Shown one piece after another: positions 27,601 to 39,060 of a stretch of 64,000 nucleotides of DNA. This DNA comes from Lytechinus pictus. Its lineage: Eukaryota. A program made the position numbers and the translations under genes. The notes below the pieces were generated by a model. That model was given only the letters and a program-made list of their open reading frames with translations, did not search any database and was not told the DNA's origin. Location of the stretch: assembly GCF_037042905.1 (NCBI RefSeq), contig NC_087246.1, forward strand, positions 9,798,001 through 9,862,000. The letters are read 5' to 3'. The first letter of the stretch is position 1, and every line of letters begins with the position of its first letter.

Positions 27601-27992
27601 CGCTCTTTACCGCTCTGGCCACTCTACACTATCATGGCTTGAACAGCCTTGATTTACATTATACATGCACAAGCACAACATACGCTGTGAATACCATTAC
27701 CATCATCGACAGCAAACATTCATCGACGCGACCGGGGCGGGGCGGGGCCCCCCGACTCCAAGCCGGGTACCGGTAGCGACTAGCGTACTCTACCGTAGCT
27801 AGCCCTATACCGTACCACTGCACTGGCAGTGCAGTCTAGACTAGGCCAGGATAGAGTCGGTCATTAAAATTTAATTTTAAGTTAGAACTCCCGACATATT
27901 ATATCTGCAAGCTTACCGAGAGCCCCCATGAATTCATCAAAATTTTTGCTTTCAGCGAGTATGTACTTTCCAGCGAATTCCGGTGATGCCAT
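21568..27992 (-). CDS. Intracellular lipid-binding protein (FABP/CRABP family), 139 aa: complement(join(21568..21618,24627..24746,25318..25490,27917..27992))
   Basis: MASPEFAGKYILAESKNFDEFMGALG|VNYFLRKIGNKVTP...EFETTTPDGRKVK|STVTLDDGKLIQ...YIRELDANKDLKV|TCILGNIECIRLYKRM*. Canonical four-exon iLBP structure (76/173/120/51 nt, phases 1,0,0), all GT-AG. GKY, NFDEFM, DGRK and R-x-Y motifs present. Confidence 0.95.
24627..24746 (-). CDS. FABP-family exon 3
   Basis: ttacttag|TCA...GTG|gtaagt, 120 nt. Confidence 0.92.
25318..25490 (-). CDS. FABP-family exon 2
   Basis: cttgcag|GA GTG...AAG|gtgtgt, 173 nt. Confidence 0.95.
25954..26108. mobile_element. Short MITE in FABP intron 1
   Basis: CAGGGCCGCGGAA ... 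TTCCGCGGCCCCTG ends with poly-G/poly-C internals. No clear TSD. Confidence 0.6.
27917..27992 (-). CDS. FABP-family exon 1
   Basis: ATG GCA TCA...CTC G|gtaagc, 76 nt. Confidence 0.93.
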
Positions 27993-28914
27993 ATTTGAGC
28001 AGTTAAAATTTATGTTCCCTAGCAGACGATGAATCAGTCGTGAAGATTGATAATTAATCGAGAGATAAAGGATGCCGTTCTCAATCGATGCACGGTCACG
28101 GTATGTATGCGGTACGTATGGTACACGTTACCGTACGCGATACGCGGTATGAAAAATACAGCGCGTGTGCATGTACGTGTGTCAGCGAGCTATGGATCAA
28201 TCGTGGCTATCATACATGTGTGCAGTTCCTTGTGATAGTCTTTGCATTCAGACTTTTCATTACTTTCTAGTCAGGGATATCACAAACAAGTATTGGCTTG
28301 TGAAATCCTATTGGAAACAGAACGATACTCTTGGCAAGTATTCCCTGAATTGACCCCCTAAACAAGTACAGTGATATTTTTATTTTTATGTCACGGACGT
28401 CGGTCGTCGCTGTTACCCTTATACCTACATCATTGCATGGGTTCAGTACAGCCCACCTCCCACATCTCGCGCAATAAACACGTAGTGTTGGCTCCTGGGG
28501 CAAAAAGTACATCCTTTATAAAACATTTTAGTCTTAATTTTTTACACCCTCGCAAAATTTGACCCTAAACACGTAGCTTTCCTAGCGAAAATAGATACCC
28601 TTTTTCATTATTTTAGTGTTTTGACACCCTTATTACGTTACGTAGGTAATGTGCCCTATCTTGAAAAAGACATCATTTTTACGTGTTTTTTGGTCGCGCA
28701 TGGTATCCACTCGTCAATATAAGTGGCCCCCGGGGGAATCTGATATGTTAAAAGGAATGTAAAGTATAGGTGATGGAAGAAAAGATGGAATTTTGATGAC
28801 TAACAGAGGAGAGAGTATGATCAAGAATAATGAAGAACACATCTAATAATAACATTATCTATCCTTGAAACACTGTTCACACTCCAGCTCTACAATAATG
28901 GAATTACCATTATT

Positions 28915-29182
28915 TTAACAGTAATGATTAAGTCAACTTAGTCATTATTGTCAAATCTGTAAAAATTGAAATATTGTATAATTCAAACAAACAATAAAAA
29001 AACATAAGAAATAGTAAGTGGGATACATCATCGACTCTCTCATTTGCATATCACTGAGTTGGGCATATAAATGTTTTGTCAAAAATAAGCGAAACTTTGA
29101 ATGAAATTTTCGGCGTTATGCTTGTTTCATTTTTCTCTATCGATTCAATTCAACAATTTTCTGGGGTGGACTTGACCTTTAA
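28915..29182. mobile_element. Partial Kolobok-like MITE (same family as 36063-37244)
   Basis: Ends in CTGGGGTGGACTTGACCT-TTAA and shares internal sequence with the full copy. Confidence 0.65.
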
Positions 29183-29578
29183 GATGCACATAACCAGGTG
29201 ATGGTGAGTAACTATCATTAGATCGAAGAAATGCTCGCGTTAACGTCCATCTCTCCATAGGTCCATGCTATAGTTTACAACACATCGATTCCTTTGAAAA
29301 TCAAAATCACAATAAGGCTTTTTTTGAAAGTTGGTGGACTGGGAAAGCAGTTATCAGAAGATTTGCAAATATGTCGTTGTCCAGAGTCAAGAGATTCCGA
29401 TGCTGTCCTGGTCCGTCAACTTTCGACAAAAGCCTCTCAGCTCTCGATTGTGATTTAATTGACTTGCATTTTCGTTGTAGAGAGTGTCCTCCATAAGAAA
29501 AGCGAATTTAGGTTCAGAATATCGCACATTGCTGAAGCAGAATCAAAGTATACAAACTCGAAGCTAGTTTTAAATAAA

Positions 29579-29776
29579 ATGGCCGGTAGATTTGTCAGAG
29601 AAAGCAAGTTCCGACAAGTTTTCGGGAGGGAATTCAAGAAGGACCAGTGCTTTGAGTCGATTCGGGTGACGAAAAATACTAAAGCGCAGCTGATCTGCGC
29701 TGTCAATCCGAAGTTAATGGCAGTGGTCACAGATAAGGATGATGGAAACTCCCTGCTTGTACTGCCCCACAACAAG
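29579..29776 (+). CDS. Coronin coding exon 1
   Basis: MAGRFVRESKFRQVFG...LLVLPHNK|gtaagt, 198 nt. Confidence 0.93.
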
Positions 29777-31945
29777 GTAAGTATGCATTATTGCATTGGT
29801 GGTACGGTAGTAGGTTTATTTAGCCTTGAGGACTCCGTGATGATATTTTAGTATATTTTTACATATACTTTTTCATCACGGAGCCTTGAATCCCTTCCCA
29901 TAGACGCATAAGCGAGTCCTATACACCCAGATGGATTTCCCTAGGAAATCCATATATATATAGACGGTGAAATCGGTTTGTATCTATTTATTTTATTTAT
30001 CTAAGAACCTTCATGCGTATGAAGGGATAAAAAATATTTCACTATGAATATGAAAAATGAGAGGTTTCTTACCAGACCGATCTCGTGTAGATCCCTCGAT
30101 CCATTTTGTAAACAACGCAAATACAATATAGGCTTGACCCTTGTACCACTTTCGTAATGACGTACCTTCGATAAGTACAGGCCCTATGTAAAATATTTTA
30201 AAAAAATATATAATCACGGAGTCCTCAAGGCTAGTGTATTGCCATTTCGTCTGCTAAAATATTGTCTTAAAGTCCAGGATAGGCCCCATAGAAAATTGAC
30301 CAAACCTTGTTTTTTCGGCCTTATCGTGAAATTTGTCACCTCTCTTCTCGTGTGTGTCGGTGTGTGTGTGCGCTCGTTGTGTACAAAGTCAATGGGAGTG
30401 GAAAGATGTCACCACCGCTGACGAAATAAACGGCAGTGAATGGACTGGTGACATAAACCACGATAATGCCTATTTTTCATATATACAATATTTTTTGATG
30501 GTTTCTTGTCAATTCGAGGGTGCTGATTACGAATCTGAATGATGCCACTCGTGTAACCTTGAGCATTGTCCGCAAATTGGCAAAATCCAATATGGCCGCC
30601 AAAATATGCAAATTACCCATGAAAATCATAAAATTACCTGCACATTGGTTATAAAATATATGTATTTGCGTTGCAGGAGTGAAACACTCTCTGAAAAAAC
30701 GATTTTTGACAAAAAATTAGTTTCTAGATATTCAAAATGGCCGCCATGGAGCCATGTATTCTATATTATGTACTATATAAATGGGGAAAACTAAATTTCA
30801 TAAAAGTGAGCACTAAATGCACGCAATTGTGATTTTTAGTGAAATAATGGATGAAAACATGATGCTAACGAAATGCATCATTTGTTATGTCATGTATGTG
30901 ATAAATGAAGCATTATAATATTCAAAAAGCCCCCAAATGCCCTTACAGTATATGTACAATGCTAATGGGGACAAAAGAAAATTACAAGAGTGAGTACTAA
31001 AATGCATATTACTAGTATTAAGATGAGCGAGTGGAATACTGGCTAAAAACATAATTTTTAACGAAATATAAATGCAATTTATAAATGCTGTACTTTGACA
31101 TGCAAAATGGCCGCCATAGGCCCATTATACATTATGTACAATGCGATTGGAGAAATTAATTTTCACAAGAGTAAGAACTAAAAAATGCATGTAATTGTGA
31201 TCACCGAGTAAAATAATGTCTGAAAACATGTTTTCTAGCAGAACATATCATTTCTTTTGTCATGCATGAGATGAATGCTGTATTGTGAAATTCAAAATGG
31301 CCCCTATATAGGCCCTAAAGTATTATCTACAATGTAAATGGTGACATGCAACCAGTTTCACTTATACAAAAATGATATAAAAAATACCTGGAAAATAATC
31401 AAGGAAGTCTTGCAAGGTAAAACTAAAAAATCTACTGTTTCCAAAATAAATGTTGATGGTAATCTTATAGAAAATCCACATACATTGGCAAACACTTTTA
31501 ATAATTATTTTTCTAGTATTGGCCCAAATCTTGCCAGAGGTATTCCTAACCCCAGAAAACACTTTAGAGATTTATTTCGTGACCCCAACCCAAATTCAAT
31601 TTATTTTATTCCTACAGATGAGGCGGAAATTTGCGACCGTCTAATCTTTTCACCTGACTCACCTTTTGCGAGCATGCATTTGAGCGAACTTCCCCAAGAC
31701 TTGATGATTGATCATCCGTTATGTCCTTAATAATAAGCTAGTTTTATTTTCAATAAATGCCATATATTTTAACAGGAATTAACAAGCAAAAGTCAAAGAT
31801 CGGCATCGTACTTAACCCAGCGGCGTAACAGGGGTCGGTGGCCAGGGGGGGGGGGGGGGCAAGAGCCAAAAATTTCCCGGTCATATCATGGAACAGGCAA
31901 TGGCGTCATAAGGAAAAAGTTTTGAGGGGGCGATATGGCGTATCG

Positions 31946-31987
<42 letters not shown>

Positions 31988-34900
31988 TATAAGCGAGCGA
32001 GCAAAAAAAATTGACATTTTTATTGCAAAAATTAAATTTTGTGATAGATTTTGACATAATGTTAAAAAGATAATATTTCACCCTCCTCTCTTTCCTTTTT
32101 TCTCTCTTTTTTTGTACGCTACGGTGAACAGGATTTATGTTATGATTGTGAGCATCCGCAGGGCGAAGCTCTATATGCTCGAGGGGGCCGAGTATGGCGC
32201 TTCTGGCAAGAAGTAGCTTAATATAGGTCCCGAGCGAGCGAAGCGAGCGAGATAAAAAAAAATCACCTTTTCATGAGAATCTAACATGAAGATATTCAGA
32301 AAAATATAATACACTTTCCTTTCTTTCCTCATTTTTTTTTGTTTGGTTGTAGAACTTGTGGGGGCCATGGTCCAAACTCATCCATATAACAGTGCTTTAT
32401 GGATGGGGTCCAGGGCAGAGCCCCGGAACCTCTTGATATCAAAGCCATTTTAAACCTTACAGATGCATGGCCACTTATTTTAATCAAATTGCGTGTATAT
32501 TTATATAGCTTTAACACTACACATAAATTCAATACAGTTGTGTATCGTAATCATCCAAATATTGTGAGGGGCACACCATAGCAAATGTGAGGAAATTTGT
32601 AAAAAGTCGCCAGCGAGCGAAGCGAGCCAGAAAAAAAATTGCCTGTTAAAATGAAATTCTAATTATGTGATAGATTTTTATATCATTATAGCAAATATCA
32701 TGTCATATATTTTTTTTCATTCATCTCATTTCGCTGCCTCCTTTATTTTCTTTTATTTCCCCTTGGCTGTGGAACCACCCCCGGTACGCCAGTGCTTCAA
32801 CGTAAAGCTTAATGCAGGAAGGGTTCATATAGGGGCCCGTTATAGAACTCATTAAAGGTTACAGATGAAGAGCCCCCACTGCAAGGGGTCTTGACTCTTG
32901 GACAGAGCCTTTGGAGATTTAGCAAGTTTATGATAGACTTTCATACGACATTATGCTATATACCATCCATTTTTCTTCCCGCTCGTTATCTCAATCCTCG
33001 GCAGCCCGGTAGTGTACGTTATCTTGTCCCTATTCTTTATTTTCCAATTTAGATTTTGGCTAATTCCATTCTGCCTTTATTTCCCGCTTTTGTTTGCCTT
33101 TTTGTCATCTTTAATTTATTTCCCTGTCTTACTAATCATGCTAATGTGTTTGTATATCGGGGCGAATTGTTCTTTCTCACTTGTTCTTTTTTCCTTTCCC
33201 CTTTCCCCTTTTTTCTTTTTTTTCCCTTTCCCTTTCTTCCCCCCTTTTTTTTCCCCCCGTTTTTTTTATTTTCCCGGTGAGCTCCGCCAGGGGGGGACAG
33301 CTTGCCCCCCCTGCCTGTTACGCCACTGACTTAACCTTAGCGGCAGGGCCTGGGACAATTAGGTATTGACAAACGACAACGTTAGGACGGGTAGATCTAA
33401 TGTTAATTGTCGTTAGCTTAGAAGTTAAGAGTAGACTCTACAGGCTGTCTCTAGATCTAACGTTAGGACGTAGGTTTAGTCGACTAGATCTAACGTTAGA
33501 TTATACTCTAGTCTAAATTTTAAGACTGAACTTTAGATCTAGCTACACTGTAGGCCCTAGACCCTATTCAGAATCAGACCCTAATTTGGTTCCTAAAAAT
33601 ATCTAGCCTAGGCCTAGTAGGGCCTATCGGTATAAACTGCTCGGGAACTGCTTTGATATTCGATTTTGAGACCTAACTTCAGGGCAGGGCTAAGTAAGGG
33701 CCTAGACCTTACGTTAGCTTTGGGCCTAGGCCAGGGGCAGGCTTTTTTGTTTTAGTTTTACTAGATCTAAACCTAGACCAGGCCCTAACGTTTATGTTTA
33801 ATAATTCGGTTCATAAAATATATATGGACTGCTTTTATATTCGAGACATGGTTGTTTCAATTCGGCTCGCGGGTACCGCATCGGCCAGACCATGACCTCG
33901 GGCATAGTCGCGTTGCGGTCCCATGCCTCTCAAAGCAGTCCATATATCTATATTATTCATTTCTAAAACATTCTATTTTTTTTTTTCATTTTAAAAATAT
34001 TAAAAAAAAACACCAACTCATTATGATATTTGTTAGATGATTGGATTTTTTGTTTGCTTGAAGTTTGAACTTTTCTCTTCTTTCTTTCTTTTCTATCCTT
34101 TCTTCATACCCTTCTATCCTTCCTGTTTGCCCCTTTTTGTTTCATCTATCTTTATTTCCTATCTTTCTTTCCTGATCCTTTCACTCTCTGTTCATTTTTC
34201 TTTCTTTCCTCCTTTGTCTTACTTTCCTTATTTTTTTCAATTTCCTTTTTTATTTCCTTCATTTTTTCTTTCCTTAAACTTTTCTTTGCTTCATTCTCCC
34301 TTCCTCGCCTTTTTCTTTTCGTTCTTTCTCTCCTTTATTTTATTTTTTCCTTTATACTTCTTTTCTCTTATTCTTTCCCTCCCTCCCTCCCTTCCTTCTC
34401 CCCCCTTCCTGTTTTTCTTCTTTCTTTCTTTCTTTCAATAAAGAATGAAGGAAACATTTTTCTTTCCTTCATTCTTTCTTTCCTCCTTTTTTCTTACTTT
34501 TTTCCTTTCATTCCCTTATTTTTTCTTTCACACATTTATTCATCTTCCCTTCCTTCCTTTCTTTTTTGTTCTTTATTCATTTCAAAGAATGACGGAAACC
34601 TTTTTTCTCTCTTATCCTTTCTTTCATCCTTCTTTTATCCTAACATTCTTTTAATTTTTCCCTTCATTTCCCCTTCATTTTTTCTTTCTTTCTTTCATTC
34701 ATTCTTTCTTTCTTTCTTTTTTTCTTTCTTCTCAATTCATATCTTTTATTTCGTCTTTTCATTCTCTCCTTCATTCTTTTGTTAACCCTCCCTTCCAATT
34801 TTTTTGATTTTTTTTCACAAGTCTAACACTGTGTAGCCTTCTTTGTTGATCTTTTTTTTATTAAGCGTAGTTTGTCGATTGTCCCGTATTTCATTTTGTG

Positions 34901-37900
34901 AAATCTGGTCACCCTGAGTGAACCTGACTAAAGAGGGAACAAGTGAAGCATGTATTTTAGGGGGGGGGTTGCGGCGCACAATGAAAAGGTGGAATCACTG
35001 AAAAGAAAACAAAGAAAGGAAAGAAATAAAGATAAATGGAAGAAAGAAAAATAAATATATAGAGAAAGAAAATAAAAGAAAGGATATTTTAATTCAGTCA
35101 ATTTTTTATTGCAACCAGATTGCATATTTAGCCGGTTAAATTATAATACAAATAAAATGGTTGACAAATATACATTTCACATTTCAAAACAACAATAATT
35201 CGAAATGACCAAACATGAAATTAAAGAGATTACACTCATAAAAACATCTAAGGGAAGGATACATATTACACAAGAATAAAAGATATCCAGCTCAAGTGGC
35301 GCCTATATTATGATAAATACATGTATTCCTAAAATAATAAGTGATGCATTTATTTTTCTCAATTATATCTTATTTATTTTAAAATATCTTTCAACCATAA
35401 CATAATTCTATATATGACATAAGAAATACAACGAGTGTATGATTTGAATACAGCATTATCAAAAAGAAAAGAAAACAAAGGAAAGAAAGAAGAAAATCAA
35501 GGAATAAAGGAGGGAGAGATAAAGAAAGAAGTAAGGAAAATACGTTTAAAAAATTGAAAAGACGGACAAATAAAAAAGAAAAAGATGGAAAGAAAACCAC
35601 AAAAAGGAAAGAAACGAAGGAAGGAATTAAAAAAAAAAAAAAAAAAATATCAGGGAATTTGATTTCACGGTTTTTAAATTAGAATTTTTGCAATTTGATC
35701 GATATAATTTAACATCACGGCAAGGGCAATTCCCATAGGACTTACATACTATATACGCATTGATGCGTTATCATACTCATAGCCAGGTAATTGAGGTAAA
35801 TCACTTAATTGTTTTTACTGTTAAGACTACAGTTTCTTGCTAGGTTTGTTAAATGTCAGATTTGATGTATGCTAAAGGTTTGAATTCATTTTTTATACAA
35901 ATTTTATTATGAAAACTGTTGTAAATAACAAGTTTTTATAGGCAGACCATGGATCACTACACACCTCTATTTGTGACACACTGGTACAAGGACTGAATGT
36001 GTGTTACAATATTTTGTGAAAAAGGCAAAGTATACAGTCTTTATTACCGATCATGATGTTAAAGGTCAAGCCCACCCCAGAAAACTGTTGATTTGAATCA
36101 ATAGAGAAAAATCAAACAAGAATAACGTTGAAAATTTCATCAAAATTAGATGTAAAATAAGAAAGTTATGACATTTTAAAGTTTCGCTTATTTTTCAATA
36201 AACAGTGATATGCACAACTCGGGCAGCACGCAAATGAGAGAGTCGCTGTCCCTCACTCACTATTTCTTTTATTTTTTATTGTTTTAATTATACAATATTT
36301 CAATTTTTACAGATTTGACAATAAGGACCAGCTTTACAGAACCATAAAATGTTAGAACAATTGTAATTCCCATGGTCATGGAGGAAGAAAACTTGTTTCA
36401 CCTTCCAATGAGGAGAAAATTAAAATATTTTATATATCATAATAAATAGAATACAAAAGAAATAGTGAGTGACGTCATCAGTCCCCTCATTTGCATAATA
36501 ATAATAACGGCATATTTACCCAATGGCGGCGGAAGCCCAAAAAATTAGGGGGGACCAGCAAAAATTTTTGACAAGCAAAAAAAAAAAAAAGAAAAAAAGG
36601 TTATCAACTAAAATTTTAGGGGGGACCAACAAAAAAAATTGACAAGCAAAAAAAAAAAAAAAAAAAAAAAAGGGTTATCAACTAAAATTTTAGGGGGGGG
36701 GGGATCGTCCCCCCCACCTCAATTTTTTTTTGGGGGGTCATGTCCCCCCCGCTTCCGCCGCCTATGTATTTACCCAGGGTAGCCACTTCAGTTCCGAAAA
36801 CTGTTCTCCCAGCGGGCCCTGCTATTATTATTACCCAGGCTTTAGTACGGCTACCTTGATCGGGCGCTCGAGCATTCGAGGAAGTTCTTCCTACCGGGTA
36901 CCCATTCATCTCACCTGGGTCGAGTGCGGCACAATGTGGATAAATTTCTTGCCGAAGGAAATTATGCCATGGCTGGGATTCGAAACCCACAATCGTCTGT
37001 TCCAAAGTCCGGAGACTAATCCACTGGGCCACAACCACACTGGGCCACAACTTTTGGCCACAACGCTCCACGCATACCGACCAGGATGCGCATGCATATT
37101 TACTATTTTGTGAAATTTAGTAAAACTTTAAAATGTCATAACTTTCCTATATTACATCCGATTTTGATGAAATTTTCAGTGTTATGCTTCTTGGATTTTT
37201 TTCTATTTGTTCAAATCAACTTTTTCCTGGGGTGGACTTGTCCTTTAATCATGTCAAATTTTATGTTTATTTTTAAGGTTCTCTGCTGTTCTTTTTTACC
37301 GGGACATGTTTTAAAATTTGGTATCCGTAGTGTTTATGTCATCAGGTATTGTAGTCTTTGTTTTTAGTTGTAACTTTTGTTATGCATTGTCTGATGTTCA
37401 TTTTTGTTTTCTAATAGGTAATGTATATATCTTTGTAAACAAGCTACATGTTGTGCACAATTACCAATAAAACAATATTACAAAAAAACTAAGAAGGCCT
37501 AATTTTCTACTCCCTTCTCTTGTCATGCTTGTCATAGAATGGTCGTATTGCACTAGATACACCACAGGTCAGTCAAGAAGCAGCTATCATCGACATTGCA
37601 TGGTCCCCTTTCAATGACAACTTGATTGCCTCAAGCGATGAGAATGGTTTCATCTACTTCTGGGAGATTCCAGATGAAGGACTGACTGAAAACAGAGTAG
37701 TGCCACTACTTTCAGTGAAAGCACATGAAAAACGTTGCTCTTTGATCCGATGGCATCCCTTGGCAGAGAATGTACTCCTCAGTGTAGGTAAGTTAAAATC
37801 CAATAATAATATTATATTTTTATTCAGAGTATTATATTTTGTAACCAGGGGGTGTTTCACAAAGATTTAAGTTAATAAAGTCACATTTAAATGAAGACAC

Positions 37901-38995
37901 GTGCATGGTATGCAACGCGCAATCTTATTGATCAATACGCCGTTGTGCGCGTCCTCTTGGGCTCACAGGCCTAATTCATTTCCCATAGACTCGTGTGTTA
38001 AAGTGGCACTTAAAAAGAATTCATAAAAAATAAGGAGGAAATTCGAGGGTTGAATGTTTACTACCAGTGGATAGGATAAATGTCTGACATTCTATATCTG
38101 ACCAGAAAAGGGTACTTCGACCGGCTCATTAAAAAAATAAATCAGCATTTATGAAGACTTCACCTGACAGGATCAAATTCATCACTTGAGAGAGTAAAAT
38201 GGCCCTAATTCTTCCGCCAGGAAAAATATAGTTCCATAGTGGTGATATATCTTTCCAATTTGGAAAAAGGAAGTTCAGTAGGTACCCTCCCTAGAATCAG
38301 TGTTAGATTGTCAGTCATATTCATTCATTTTTGTCAATCAGCAATATCAAATTTAAAAATTGAGCAATGGGTTGGCTCGAATGAATATCTTTTGCCTGCC
38401 AGTTGTGATTAGGCCCGTGCAACCTCTTTGCATGATCTAACCACTGAACTAGAAATACGTATTTCTAGTTCAGTGGTTGCTGCCCTCGTTGGTCGTGCCC
38501 TTTATACCGCACCCAACGAGGCATTTAAGTGGGACTCTAAGTCATACTTAAATCTTTGTGAAACATCTTTTTAAAATCCTACTTATTGTCTGCCTGTACC
38601 CATACTTAGGTGGTTATCAGAAGCATTTGCAAACCCATTCTCATCTTCTTTCCTGCACTGGCTTCTCTTAAAACAGTTTTCACCATGATCTCAACTGTTT
38701 TCCCAAACTGATGGTTCATATAAAGTGTTCTTGTTATGGGAGTATTAAAGGTATAATTATGATGACTCGGCCCTAGAGTCAATGACAACTTCAGTTTAGT
38801 TTATTCAACATTTTCACAAAGCAGATGCATAAATACAATAAAATGAAACAGTGCATACATGTACATTGGCAAAATATGCAACATGAACAGTTTGCAAGAC
38901 ATTCAACTAAATAACAATGTGCGCAGATGCAATAAACAGGAGAAGTAATGTGGAGGGGTACAAGGCAAGCATACCAAGATACCAAATACACAAAA

Positions 38996-39060
<65 letters not shown>

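Larger units (their letters stand above)
36063..37244. mobile_element. Kolobok-like MITE containing a nested SINE and MITE
   Basis: TTAA-AGGTCAAGCCCACCCCAGAAAA ... TTTCCTGGGGTGGACTTGTCCT-TTAA. Confidence 0.8.

Noticed and set aside
29459..29578. N-terminal extension of coronin
   Set aside because: The ORF track starts at a non-ATG codon. ATG 29579 sits in good context and gives the usual coronin N-terminus and 198-nt exon.
33012..35600. Phe/Leu/Ser-rich membrane protein ORFs
   Set aside because: These are translations of low-complexity pyrimidine tracts within an intron.
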